A DNA stretch of 64,000 nucleotides from Myxococcota bacterium (GCA_965250285.1 OZ252299.1:992001-1056000); one strand, 5' to 3'. Positions 19,501 through 27,739 are shown, counted from the first letter of the stretch. Notes: generated from the letters alone by a model not told the origin. Program-made: numbers and translations.

Positions 19501-21626
19501 CCCTCGCGCGCCGTCTCGCTGCTGCCATTGCGGCGGACGTCGGCGAACTGCGCGCGTAGCGTCATGGCGCCGCCGGGCAGCGGGTCGCCGTTGTTGTCGG
19601 TGCGGCTGCTCGACGTGTCGATGTCGCCGTAGAAGTTCACGTCGCCGCCACCCGACGGGATGCCCGTGTTCGGGTCGATGGCGCCGATCGCCGCGACCAG
19701 CACGTCGCCGCCGTCGGTCTCGATCGAGAAGCCGTCCTGAAGCGTGATGTCGATGCCCTGGATGAGGACGTCCGAGCGGTTGGTCTTGATGTTGCCGTTC
19801 AGCGTGACGTCGCCGACGTAGATGTTCTCGATCTCGCCCTCGCCGGCGGGCAGCTCGGGCTGGCTGGCACTGTCGTTCGCGAGCAGCTGTACGCCGAGAT
19901 TCAGGTTCTCGAACCGCGGGTCGTTGCCGCCGCCAATATCGGCGTTGATGATGATGCTATTCGCCGCGCGCAGCTGCAGGGTGACCGACGTGTTCTCGGC
20001 CGCGGTCTCACCCGGCAGGATGTCGGACAGGACGAGGATGTCGCCGACCTGCGTGCCCACCTCGTTCGTGCCGGTGGCGGTCGTGATCGTGAGGTTGCTG
20101 CCTGAGTTCAGCGCGTCGGTGACGACCGACGCGTCGAGCAGCGAGTTCTCGGCCGCGGCGAACAGGATCGGGTTGCTGACGAAGAAGAGGTCGTCGAGGT
20201 CGACGCCCTTGTCGAGGCAGCGCGGGTCGGCCTCGCACTCTTCGGGGGTGAAGCCGAAGTCGCCGATCGTGATGTTGTACGGATCGATCAGCCAGGTGCC
20301 GGTGGGGTCGACGTCGCGCCGCACCCGGGCCGACGCGTCGGCGGCGCGGGTGATGTCGAGATAGGCCTTGCCCGACGTCTCGATGAATCCGCCGTCGCCG
20401 GCGTATTCGCCACCCCGAGCCGTGATGGCGCCGTGAATGTAGGCGTGACCGTCCGACCAGAGGATCACCTCGCCGCCGTCGCCCGCGTAGTCGGCGTCGG
20501 CGTGGATCCGCGCCGTCTCGCTCATGAAGAGCAGCTGGGCCTTCTGCATGTCACCCGAGCCGGCGAGGTCGCCACCGATACGGATGCGACCGCCGCCCTC
20601 GCTGCCGGTCGCATCGATCACCGCATCGTCGGCGATGGCGATGCGCTCTCCGAACACGTCGATGTCGCCGCCGCGGGCGTTCTTGCCCTCACGGGTCGCG
20701 TCGAGGGTGCCGCCGATCTCGACGCCACTGCCGTCGCCGCCCGCGATCTCGATGGTGCCCGCTCGGATCAGGCCTGACTCGGGCGGGGCCGCCCCCGACT
20801 CCTGCGCGATGCGCTGCACGACGCGGTTGCGGATCGCGTAGGCGAGCCCGTCGGCCGCGGCGAGTCGCACGCTGCCGCTCGGGCCGGCGTCGATCACCCC
20901 GGTGTTCTCGATGGCGGGGGTGTCGGCCGAAGTGCCCGCGTCCGAGCCTTCGGCGGGGACCTTCACGACGATCGGGCTCTCGAAGTCGCGGATCCAGACC
21001 TCGTTGCCCGCGAGCATGAGCAGCTTGCCGCCCTCGACGTAGATGTCGCCGTGGTTCGCGACGCGCTCGCCGATCAGCGCGACCTCGAAGGCCTCGATCG
21101 TGCCTTCGTTGGTGACCATGCCGTTGACCTGTTCGAAGCGCATGGTGCCGGAGAGGAAGTCGGCCTGGCTCATCTGACCCGCGGCCGCGATCAGGTTGTA
21201 CACCTGCACCGACGAGCCATCGGCGAAGTGGATGCCGGCCTCGTTGGCGAAGATGACGGTGCCGTTGCTCTTGACGGTGCCGAAGAACTGGAACGGGTTC
21301 TGGCCGCGCCCCTCGTTCAGCGCGGCGGCGTTCGCGCCCGACTGATCGAACTCGAGCGTGTGACCGCTGTGCTGCTGAATGCCGTCCCATTCGTACACGA
21401 CGCGACCCTGACTGGTGAGCGTCGTCTGATTCTGCTCGTTGACGGTGACCGCGCCCTGACCATGGGTGACCTCGACCTGGCCGATCGACGTCTGCTCCTG
21501 CGCCGCCGCGGTGGCGGCCGACATCGCGACCCAGGCGTAGAGCAGGGCGGCCGACAACGTCACGGCCCGCCGCGGCGCGGGGCGCGGTGACGGGCGGTGC
21601 TCGGTCGTGTGGGCGGTTTCGGTCAT
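13533..21626 (-). CDS. Two-partner secretion exoprotein TpsA (filamentous haemagglutinin/HMW-like), 2697 aa
   Basis: Signal peptide (MTETAH...AATAAAQ); TPS domain (ALNEGRGQNPFQFFGTVKSNGTVIFANEAGIHF); HMW-type segment GGDIDVFGERIAI..GGGRIRIGG..GDGGEVILWSDG..GGFIETSGK..GTWLIDP; lies 20 bp downstream of TpsB. Confidence 0.9.
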   Translation of the reverse strand: MTETAHTTEHRPSPRPAPRRAVTLSAALLYAWVAMSAATAAAQEQTSIGQVEVTHGQGAVTVNEQNQTTLTSQGRVVYEWDGIQQHSGHTLEFDQSGANAAALNEGRGQNPFQFFGTVKSNGTVIFANEAGIHFADGSSVQVYNLIAAAGQMSQADFLSGTMRFEQVNGMVTNEGTIEAFEVALIGERVANHGDIYVEGGKLLMLAGNEVWIRDFESPIVVKVPAEGSDAGTSADTPAIENTGVIDAGPSGSVRLAAADGLAYAIRNRVVQRIAQESGAAPPESGLIRAGTIEIAGGDGSGVEIGGTLDATREGKNARGGDIDVFGERIAIADDAVIDATGSEGGGRIRIGGDLAGSGDMQKAQLLFMSETARIHADADYAGDGGEVILWSDGHAYIHGAITARGGEYAGDGGFIETSGKAYLDITRAADASARVRRDVDPTGTWLIDPYNITIGDFGFTPEECEADPRCLDKGVDLDDLFFVSNPILFAAAENSLLDASVVTDALNSGSNLTITTATGTNEVGTQVGDILVLSDILPGETAAENTSVTLQLRAANSIIINADIGGGNDPRFENLNLGVQLLANDSASQPELPAGEGEIENIYVGDVTLNGNIKTNRSDVLIQGIDITLQDGFSIETDGGDVLVAAIGAIDPNTGIPSGGGDVNFYGDIDTSSSRTDNNGDPLPGGAMTLRAQFADVRRNGSSETAREGGDIRLFGDIDLGFHEDGIVALDAEAAGGDLVIEGHISADQGTFDLVSIRVSEDAALTPGANETGGRITLASTGSMTTLGGDVLIEASSNLGAGDSSQDKKNAIEIYGAIDTRPEDPDRDDDGFVDTIGGNIFMNAHGQGPANPSGRVDIIDGRTSPTTPLIRTGGGTILVNVDPNGAGTDIPDGPSFATSHVAATIDAGLEPGAELDLALENAEFGVIAIESAGELTIENAAPDGSPHTLRGREVALFSANRSTNPNSVRGDLRFVSNASGEGPQIHAIDIQVSAGISSALGFSETQSRIEAGDVKLFGPDGPPTLANDQKINSLNWAQNATVEASDVLEADVHFVEIDGDEAAARRALDGLIYVIESITGTVTLDDPTKVAGNAFPGGPDDDRSDFGALLELRAEADAADGRPAIVLEDPATGSWAEANLQALDLTIDQGFTVDTLLATNASLATDDLSIATGRRPVSSTETGLRINDGVTLDASEQLVLHAAEGGGAGDLIFGTESGGDGTPIRLASSGLVLRAGSGEGGISGSDGFSQTNRVLASADSATRVEFDLGIDLDPTDDAYRSFTIRQEAEITDDDLPDVDQFVNANLAENEIGLVDYNLRSDSAGIELGFAGGQKVQRTNLALLGFSGVTVDMGTDDNDDPRQLEVRTYDVGGQTSFEVTQQLIDQFAFVGPTEVAGETPEAATFRAGVAEFGELSFELLPDDALTTLTAKQIRLVASDGASSISNSSFIDVHEQVRFSGGATPVEQFVFRQDGDINLVIDGDATTSPLPDVATQFITDTPGEDGAPGVYAVESENGAFSLIINEFDPDTSPGRLPISTERTILAAPTTILTRTDGENLDMEQIFSADGAPILVEIRSDQIALRAENVDLNVADPSTGEFEPLTPETPLARVIFGDTPQLGLYVYATPEETTDPRDNVPVPEPLDLRVQNEGPEPNETIPSAITVVQDATFASSDDGSTSDLLDLERSGSGCGFGRGQSSSPGTGCDDDRRRTTLSLTSFHGDIELVPDRVFGGVIQAFIPSSIQDDPQNPDKSARFILFKGVAPVFFTESFDATSDYDWQVGSATQPITLQGADFVSLRAGGGGIGNLTFYDNVEIQSEDIRLGAFGPSNLGSSNVLLPYVDARTNAPVFNFLQPDDLPDSIRQNTNNDRFTIVQDAWVNSNRDREASSVDLTLPVQATQFINLDPQDGSTTPSLFSYTLQSNRRGIYIDDLPNIRASRFLLLANVNGFYDDDDETDDRPGLIQIDQASATATTLDVDFVDAGIDRGALIGDEIQLIAGSTPGGGDGIVDANGDVFFAANSNPGAPLLAFTIEQARSFLEAPDGNGGGAQNLPDFFQFTDGLVGVDYTLKLYQGNEVDPTIQVGVDTADKVQGTALVLEGLDSVQIDVPETLLQGLTLTSLEVREAADAADDTLTIELGSVFDMDVDDDPDTIETLIETTNEQIFDGEVLVYGNIELRGADITFGGDVLNASTDVDDSSGLDFITRGTIKFGGDVGCQLGDGSGDCRGISSEVITNELGDAITVAWSALADEDAVNDITRHWFDSIRVRFDADDGGLDAVAFDSVEDQYVFAVDTEIIAVAPSQDFANLDVEVTVIPEVSSIYKADADPEDGGEQLTFFTRDGFRVGQGQKIAVQGGFEAYSRDRVAVGDIAALDIVLDVDESIGEIDIIRRRGSSYLTPDGRRLGDAGVSFVANTFSMNVPPQLVASGRGPSLAILNPPEITDPNFTGFALTAINIENDPLVAGDFDWQFADAPIALPALHAFGPSRDDTSRTFVGDEIAPPPAPWMPSEWRVSDPRRLRELAVRPRDRTVKEWHRYLDGAGIIDDIGTDSPRRDGLVTVAQPRLLAQDAEQSIKLYERVFGVDGVRAGAVRAVLADALDRYRRSSGTRRVVGFEFRRYVKNRPSSLFDAYQIFEDLDALFDHHRALGLTPGEYRPIQADWLAQIRPDGISVDELAEAVHPSRYVRGTDILEIFGD

Positions 21627-21646
21627 CGAGTCGCTTGCAGCCTGGG

Positions 21647-23803
21647 TCAGTAGGATACGCTGAAGAGGAAGTGGAAGGTGCCCTTGGGATCGATTCGGTC
21701 TTCGTCGGGGCACACCAGCGCGTTCGACGCGCAGGTCACACGGTCGTACAGGCCGTGCCCCCAGTCGACGCGCGCGCGCACGAATCGGCCCAGGAAGAGC
21801 TCGAGTCCGACACCCGCACCGACGAGCGTCTGGTTGAGCTCGACGTTCGAGACCGACAGCTCGCGCTGATTTCGAACAGTGGCGCCCGCGTCGACGAAGC
21901 CGCGCAAGATCAGATCCCAGTCGGGGCGACCGTACACCTGCTGCGGTGAGACGCGGAAGTCGCCCACACCGGGCAGGCGCACGGGGCGCGGCCGTACGCC
22001 GAGTGCACGCGGAATGTGGAACCGGTACTCGACGCTGCCGACGTAGGTCGAGTCGCCCGCGGCGAGGCCGTTCTCGAAGCCTCGGACGCTGTAGAGGCCG
22101 CCGATCACCTGCGCTGCCTGGGGGATCAAGCGGTAGTTGAACGCGTACTGTCCGCGAAACGACACCGCGAGCTCGTGGGCGAGGGTCGAACTCCACTCGG
22201 TCGAGGGATCGCGCCAGCCGCTCGGGTTCAGCAGCGGCTCGAGGTAGTAGCTCGCGCCGGTGTCCCACTGCAGCACCGCCCACTTCTGCGACACGAGCTG
22301 TCGGCCTGTGGCCAACCTCGCCTCTTCGTCGCTGAAGTTCGTGAAGCCACCGCCGCCGCTGAACCGCGCGAAGACGCTCGAGAACAGATTGACGCGCTGC
22401 AGACGAAACCCCGCGACCGGCTCGAGGACGAGGCCGTGCCCGTTGAACGGATCCTGGAGGGATTGATTCTCGACGTTCACGCCGCGCAGGCCGATGCCGC
22501 CGAAGATGTCGACGAAGAGCGCTCGGTGCTGGAAGATGTTGTACGTGAGCTCTCCGCCGATCTGCCAGTCGTTCGTGATGACCAGCGTGTCCTCGTTGGC
22601 CTGAGCTGCCGTGTTGATCTCGGCTTCGTAGCGGCTCCAGTTGCCCTGCACGCCCCAGCGCAGTCGGTCGAGCCCCCACCACGGGATGTCGTCGCGGTCG
22701 AGCCAGCGAATCCACGCTGGCTCGCGGCGACCCTGGCGCATCCACGCCGGTCGTGCGGGCGAGAACCACGGCGCCGAGTAGGCGACGCTGATCGAGTTGA
22801 CGTTGTCGAGCCCCGCGTTCAGGTACTCGACCGAGAGCATGTCGTCGCGGCTCGTCAGCTGCGTGTTCTGGTAGCCGACGCGCTGCTGCCAGAGCGCGGT
22901 GCGGTCGGTGCCCGTGTTCGACGACGTGAAGTACGCGAGCCAGGGCTTGGCTTCGTAGACGCGGTAGTCGAGGGCGATGCCGGTCTCGTCGGCCGAGGGG
23001 CCGAGCGACGCTTCGACCTCGCGGCCCGGGTGCCGGTTGAGACGAAACACGTAGCTCTCGAGCACGTCCTCGAGGAGCAGGTCGGTGGTGTCCTCGCGGC
23101 CCGCATCGGCGGGGAAGAGCGGCGAGGCGGCCAGGATGCGCTTGTGCTTCGGGTTGTCGATCCGCCAGTCTTCTTCGATGCGCGGGCCCGTCGCGACCGT
23201 GCGGACGTCCTCGATCTGCCCGACCCAGACCTCGAGACGCAGGTCGGTGTCGCCCTTCGGGCGCAGATCGCGCTCGCTCGTCGGTTCGATCTGCTGCGGA
23301 TCGGGCAGGATGAAGATGCCGAGCAGGCCCGCTTCGCGTGTCCGCCCGAGCATGGCCTGGCCGATGCTCGCGAGTGCGCTCGCATGGAACTCGCCGTCGA
23401 CCTCGGTGAGTGGACCGAAGCGGAGCGTCTCTTCGGGCTGGCCTGGACGCGGCGCCACGTAGCCCGTCTCGGTCGGCGTCAGCACGACGCTGACCGGCAG
23501 CAGCTCGTCGAGTGGGGGCAGATCGGGGTGCGGGTCGCGGTAGCCGATCGCGAGCTTCGAGATGGCGTAGGCCGGCCCATCGCCCTCGACCGCCTCGATC
23601 GCGATGCTCGTCTCGTCCGAGGACGCCATGTAGCGCGAGGGATCGGCCACCCACTGGGCCTGCGCCGCGGTGGGATGGAACAGCGACAGCAGGATCGCAC
23701 CCGCCGCGGTCGCCCCCACCGCGCCCGCACGCACCGACCCACGGGCGGGCTTCGGCGGGGCTCCGGCGGACCGGGCCCGGGCACGGCGCTGTCGGGGGTT
23801 CAT
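21647..23803 (-). CDS. TpsB/ShlB/FhaC-family outer-membrane transporter
   Basis: POTRA-like region (RLNRHPGREVEASLGP), SNTG..TA..Q.RVG, loop-6 motif GGLYSVRGF, GSVEYRF, FVDAG, GAGVG, C-terminal aromatic FSVSY. Start at ATG 23803 is uncertain. Confidence 0.9.
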   Translation of the reverse strand: MNPRQRRARARSAGAPPKPARGSVRAGAVGATAAGAILLSLFHPTAAQAQWVADPSRYMASSDETSIAIEAVEGDGPAYAISKLAIGYRDPHPDLPPLDELLPVSVVLTPTETGYVAPRPGQPEETLRFGPLTEVDGEFHASALASIGQAMLGRTREAGLLGIFILPDPQQIEPTSERDLRPKGDTDLRLEVWVGQIEDVRTVATGPRIEEDWRIDNPKHKRILAASPLFPADAGREDTTDLLLEDVLESYVFRLNRHPGREVEASLGPSADETGIALDYRVYEAKPWLAYFTSSNTGTDRTALWQQRVGYQNTQLTSRDDMLSVEYLNAGLDNVNSISVAYSAPWFSPARPAWMRQGRREPAWIRWLDRDDIPWWGLDRLRWGVQGNWSRYEAEINTAAQANEDTLVITNDWQIGGELTYNIFQHRALFVDIFGGIGLRGVNVENQSLQDPFNGHGLVLEPVAGFRLQRVNLFSSVFARFSGGGGFTNFSDEEARLATGRQLVSQKWAVLQWDTGASYYLEPLLNPSGWRDPSTEWSSTLAHELAVSFRGQYAFNYRLIPQAAQVIGGLYSVRGFENGLAAGDSTYVGSVEYRFHIPRALGVRPRPVRLPGVGDFRVSPQQVYGRPDWDLILRGFVDAGATVRNQRELSVSNVELNQTLVGAGVGLELFLGRFVRARVDWGHGLYDRVTCASNALVCPDEDRIDPKGTFHFLFSVSY

Positions 23804-24056
23804 GGGCGGGCTCTCGACCGTGTCGATCGCGAGCCGCAGGCGGGGGGGAGTGCGGCCCGACGAGGCTTCGGGGCGGCACAGGCTAAGACACCCTGGGGCC
23901 GGCGACCACGGCTCCCAACCATTTGATTTCGAAAGCGAAGCAGTCATTCTCGACCGGCTCGGGCGGGGCGTCTGAATCGCCTCGCCGACCTCCGGTCCCC
24001 CCAGGATTTCGCACACAGGACACCGGTCGCCCGGTCTCCTGCATGGGCACCTGACA

Positions 24057-24072
24057 AGCAATCTTGGTTCCC
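24057..24072 (-). promoter_or_regulatory. Candidate sigma-54 promoter for tpsBA
   Basis: Minus strand GGGAACCAAGATTGCT gives GG-N10-GC with TTGCT at -12; imperfect match to TGGCAC at -24. Confidence 0.35.
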
Positions 24073-24084
24073 TGACACTTTGGA

Positions 24085-24113
24085 TTGACGCCCGACCGGT
24101 CGGTCGGTAAATT
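24085..24113 (+). promoter_or_regulatory. Sigma-70 promoter of tetR with overlapping palindromic operator
   Basis: TTGACG (24085-24090), 17-bp spacer, TAAATT (24108-24113); spacer holds the 7-2-7 inverted repeat CCGACCG-GT-CGGTCGG (24092-24107). Confidence 0.75.
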
Positions 24114-24249
24114 TCATCGGGTTCCGGCCGCCCACTTCACGCCGCGAACACCGCGCGATCGACCGTCGTCCGAAAGTCAGGTCTCAGCGCCCAGCCGATG
24201 GGCTCGGCCACCGGGACGTCCCGACGAGACGGACACGGAGGAAGGCGAC

Positions 24250-24945
24250 ATGACCCCCGGCACCATGCCCCGCGCATCTCTGCGAGCGCCCTCCCGCGCA
24301 GGCGAGGCCTCGCGCGACAAGATCCTCGAGGTCTGCGAAGCGCTGTTTGCGCGCAGCGGCTTCGCGGGGGTCGGCATGCGCGAGGTCGCGCGCGAAACGG
24401 GGCTCAGCAAGAGCGCGCTCTTCCATCACTTCACGACCAAGCTTGAGCTCTATTCCGAAGTGCTCGAGCGCGTGCTGATCCGACTCGGCGAGCGTGCCGC
24501 GCCGGCGCTTCGCGAAGACGTCGACCCCGCCGAAGCGCTCGATCAGATCGTCGACGTGCTCATCGACTTCCTCGCTGAGGACCCTGCCACGCCGCGGCTC
24601 GCGATGCGGGCGCTCTTCGAAGACGACCCGTACGGGCCCGACCTCTCCGAACGCGACCCCGAGCCCTTCGAGGTCGCGTTGCTCGCGTTGATCGGCGGCT
24701 TCGAGGCGCTGATTCAGCGCGGGATCGCCCAGGGCCGGTTCCGACGCGTCTCGGTGCCCGACACGATCCAGAGCCTGATCGGAATGACCGTCTACCACTT
24801 CGCCTCGGGCGAGTTCGGCGAGGCGTTGCTCGGCGAATCGCTTTTCTCGACCAGCGCCGTGCGCCGTCGCAAACGAGAGGTCAAGGGCTTCGTGCGCCGT
24901 GCCGTTTTGAAGGGCGTCGACGCCGACGAACCGCCAGCTCCCTGA
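24250..24945 (+). CDS. TetR/AcrR family transcriptional regulator
   Basis: HTH: ILEVCEALFARSGFAGVGMREVARETGLSKSALFHHFTTKLELY; GGAGG SD before ATG 24250. Confidence 0.93.
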   Translation: MTPGTMPRASLRAPSRAGEASRDKILEVCEALFARSGFAGVGMREVARETGLSKSALFHHFTTKLELYSEVLERVLIRLGERAAPALREDVDPAEALDQIVDVLIDFLAEDPATPRLAMRALFEDDPYGPDLSERDPEPFEVALLALIGGFEALIQRGIAQGRFRRVSVPDTIQSLIGMTVYHFASGEFGEALLGESLFSTSAVRRRKREVKGFVRRAVLKGVDADEPPAP

Positions 24946-24976
24946 GCCGGCCCAGCCACGGCACGCCGCCAGGGGC

Positions 24977-26110
24977 GTGTCGAAGCGTGGGGATCTTCCC
25001 GACGCGCAGCCAGAGAAGGAGACCTGCACCGTGGACAAGATCCTTTCCGACCACCGCCGCATGCTCGGCGACTTCGAAATCGTCGACTGGGTGGACGAGG
25101 CCGACGTCGCGCACGCGCGCGCGCGCATCGACATCGACGTCCCCGTCGAGACGCACTGGACCTGGGAATACGGGAGCGAGGTCGAAGAGCTCCGCCGGCT
25201 CTACGAGAAGGGCAAGGCCGGGCAGTGGAACGCGCAGACCGACGTCGACTGGTCGACGCCGGTGACGAGCGATGACTGGCTGCTCACCCCAGAGGCGTCG
25301 ATGCTGGCGCAGGTGTGCAAGCTCGCTGGCAAGGACGAGGCCACCCAGAAGGCTGCGATGTTCGACGAGACCGCCTATCTGCTCTCGCAGTTGCTCCACG
25401 GCGAGCAGGCCGCGCTGCAGCTCTGTGGCCAGCTCACGAACGTCTGCGACAAGATGGATCAGAAGTTCTATGCGGCGAGCCAGACCATCGACGAGGCGCG
25501 GCACGTCGAGGTCTTCGCGAAGTTCCTATCCGAGAAGATGGGGCGCCTGTACCCGCTGAATCCCACCGTGAAGGTGCTGCTCGACATCCTGCTCGCGGCC
25601 GAGGGCGTCGAGAAGAAGACGCTCGGCATGCAAACCCTCTTCGAGGGCATGGCGGTGGGCATCATGGGCCTGATGCAGCAGGAATCGAAGAACCCGCTCC
25701 TCGAGGACATGCTGCAGCGGGTCGCCGGCGACGAGTCGCGGCACGCAGCGTTCGGTGTCCTCAGCATGCGGCGCGTGATGGCCCAGGCCGATCAGGGCAC
25801 CAAGGACGAGCTCGAAGACTGGGCGTTCGACATCCTCGAGACGCTGAACGCCGGGCAGCAGCTCGACATGCTGCGGATGCTCGGCCCGAAGTACGACATC
25901 GACCCCGAGATCATCACGCAGATGACACTCGCGATGCCGAACTTCGCCGAGCTGAACAGCATGATCTACATGCACACGGTGGTGCCGAACCTGAAGAATC
26001 TGGGCCTCATCACCGACCGCACCGAGTCGAAGTGGCGCGGCGTCGGCATGATGATCGACTCTCGCGGTGAGGAGCTTCGCTTCTCGGATTTCTCGCTCGT
26101 CGCCGACTGA
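24977..26110 (+). CDS. Ferritin-like diiron oxygenase (AurF-like family)
   Basis: Diiron ligand pattern HGEQAAL, DEARH, FEGMA, DESRH; N-terminal LYEKGK..QWNA..D.DW. Confidence 0.82.
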   Translation: MSKRGDLPDAQPEKETCTVDKILSDHRRMLGDFEIVDWVDEADVAHARARIDIDVPVETHWTWEYGSEVEELRRLYEKGKAGQWNAQTDVDWSTPVTSDDWLLTPEASMLAQVCKLAGKDEATQKAAMFDETAYLLSQLLHGEQAALQLCGQLTNVCDKMDQKFYAASQTIDEARHVEVFAKFLSEKMGRLYPLNPTVKVLLDILLAAEGVEKKTLGMQTLFEGMAVGIMGLMQQESKNPLLEDMLQRVAGDESRHAAFGVLSMRRVMAQADQGTKDELEDWAFDILETLNAGQQLDMLRMLGPKYDIDPEIITQMTLAMPNFAELNSMIYMHTVVPNLKNLGLITDRTESKWRGVGMMIDSRGEELRFSDFSLVAD

Positions 26111-26136
26111 ACCACGCAGTCGAAGCGCGCGACCCT

Positions 26137-26175
26137 CGGCCCCGCACACCCAGGTGTGCGGGGCCGTTTGCGTTT
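26137..26175 (+). terminator. Rho-independent terminator after the diiron gene
   Basis: Perfect 13-bp stem cggccccgcacac-ccag-gtgtgcggggccg followed by tttgcgttt. Confidence 0.75.
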
Positions 26176-26260
26176 CGACCGGGGGCGCTTCGGCGGTTGC
26201 TCGCGCCCCGTCGCTCCTCGATCCTCTGGCGACGCCCGCCATCGGGCGAGGAGGAAGCCA

Positions 26261-27088
26261 ATGGCGGGCTTGCAGCTCACCGGGCTCGAAGGCAAGGTCG
26301 CCGTGGTCACGGGCGCGGGTCGCATGCGCAGCATCGGTCGACCGATCGCCGTCGAGCTGGCCCGGGCCGGGTGCGATGTCGTGGTGACCGGCACCGGGCG
26401 AGCGCCCGACCAGTACCCCGAAGACGAGCGCGCCGCCGGCTGGCGGGACATCGACAGCGTCGCGGGCGAGGTGCGCGCCCTCGGTCGACGCGCGACCCCG
26501 ATCGTGAGTGACGTGGCCGACCCCGAAGCGGTCGACGCGCTCGTGGCGGCGGTGGTGGCCGAATACGGGCGGGTCGACATCGTGGTCAACAACGCTGGCG
26601 CGGCGCGAGGCGAAGACCGCCAGCCGGTCGTCGACGTCGCGCCCGAGGTCTGGCGGCGGGTGATCGACGTCAACCTGAACGGCAGCTTCTTGATGAGCCG
26701 CGCGTTCGCGCGGCGCATGATCGACCAGGGTGAGGGCGGCTCGATCGTCAACATCTCGTCGATCGGCGGCAAGATGATGCCGCCGGGCAACGCGGCCTAT
26801 GCCGCGAGCAAGGCCGGCATCCACGCGCTCACGGCCGCCATGTCGGGTGAGCTGGGTGCGCACCAGATTCGCGTGAACTCGATCTGCCCCGGCATCATCG
26901 ATACGGCGCGGCTCGACGACATGCGCGGCGAGACGTGGGATCAGGTGATCGGTCAGTACGTGCCCCTCGGGCGAGCCGGCCGCGGCGATGAGGTCGCCTG
27001 GCTGGCCGTGTACCTCTGCAGCGATCAGGGCGCGTGGATCAGTGGCCAGCTCTACAGCATCGACGGCGGGCAGCTGGCAGGGCGCTAG
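26261..27088 (+). CDS. Short-chain dehydrogenase/reductase (FabG-like)
   Basis: VAVVTGAGRMRSIG, VNNAG, NISS, YAASK, NSICPG; AGGAGG SD. Confidence 0.92.
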   Translation: MAGLQLTGLEGKVAVVTGAGRMRSIGRPIAVELARAGCDVVVTGTGRAPDQYPEDERAAGWRDIDSVAGEVRALGRRATPIVSDVADPEAVDALVAAVVAEYGRVDIVVNNAGAARGEDRQPVVDVAPEVWRRVIDVNLNGSFLMSRAFARRMIDQGEGGSIVNISSIGGKMMPPGNAAYAASKAGIHALTAAMSGELGAHQIRVNSICPGIIDTARLDDMRGETWDQVIGQYVPLGRAGRGDEVAWLAVYLCSDQGAWISGQLYSIDGGQLAGR

Positions 27089-27163
27089 GGTTCTTCGGCG
27101 AGAGTGGGGCCGGCACACCGGGCCAGGTGCGGCCCGCATCGAAGCGAGCCATGGGGAGGCGAC

Positions 27164-27397
27164 ATGAAGGCGATCACGATTCTCTCGACCTGGGTGGCCG
27201 TGTGCGCCGCCTTCATCTTCATGGCCGGCACGCCGGGTGCGCAGGTCATCGACGCGACGGCCTGCAGCGACGCCTGTGAGCGTCGCCAGGGCGATTGCAT
27301 GCAGCAGTGCGCCGAACACCCGAACCCGATGGACTGCGAGGGCGAGTGCCGCGAACGCGCCGAGAACTGCCTCGACGCGTGTCCCGTGCCCGACTAG
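27164..27397 (+). CDS. Small secreted cysteine-rich protein (77 aa)
   Basis: GGGGAGG SD; signal-like N-terminus MKAITIL...PGAQ; mature part C-x3-C-x6-C-x3-C-x8-C-x3-C-x6-C-x3-C. Confidence 0.75.
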   Translation: MKAITILSTWVAVCAAFIFMAGTPGAQVIDATACSDACERRQGDCMQQCAEHPNPMDCEGECRERAENCLDACPVPD

Positions 27398-27457
27398 CCA
27401 CGCCGCGCGGGTCGCCGACCGAGGGCCGACCCGTCTGCGCGGTCGCTCGCTCGCTCG

Positions 27458-27739
27458 TTACAGGTACTCGCAGAGGTAGGCCGACGGCGCCGTGGCGCGC
27501 ACGTCGAAGCCGCTCTCGCCGGCGACCTCGAAGGCGGTGCCGGCCAGAACCGTCATCCAGCCCGCATCGCCGTCGCGCTTGATCTCGAGCTCGCCGGTCA
27601 CGACCGTCATCCGTTCGGGGGCGGCGGTGCCGAAGTGAAACTCGCCGGCGTCGATCACGCCGACCGACATCGATCGGCCGTGGCGCTCGAACCCGACACT
27701 CTGCACTGCGTCGTCGAAGTAGGTGTTGTGCGTCAACAT
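27458..27739 (-). CDS. ppnP: Pyrimidine/purine nucleoside phosphorylase PpnP (YaiE)
   Basis: HNTYFD..V.S.GF, SVGV...GEFHFGT.APERMTVV.G, F.V...S.F, AYLCEY. Confidence 0.92.
   Translation of the reverse strand: MLTHNTYFDDAVQSVGFERHGRSMSVGVIDAGEFHFGTAAPERMTVVTGELEIKRDGDAGWMTVLAGTAFEVAGESGFDVRATAPSAYLCEYL

Noticed and set aside
13533..23879. 3448-aa ORF read as one giant protein or a TpsB-TpsA fusion
   Set aside because: The first 751 codons are an Arg/Pro/Ala-rich alternative frame of tpsB; a proper signal peptide and TPS domain begin at ATG 21626. Stop-free off-frames are expected at this GC content.
24977..27397. RiPP cluster (diiron oxidase plus Cys-rich precursor)
   Set aside because: The peptide has a Sec-type signal and an even, symmetric Cys pattern; a terminator separates it from the diiron gene; no RRE, peptidase or transporter is present.
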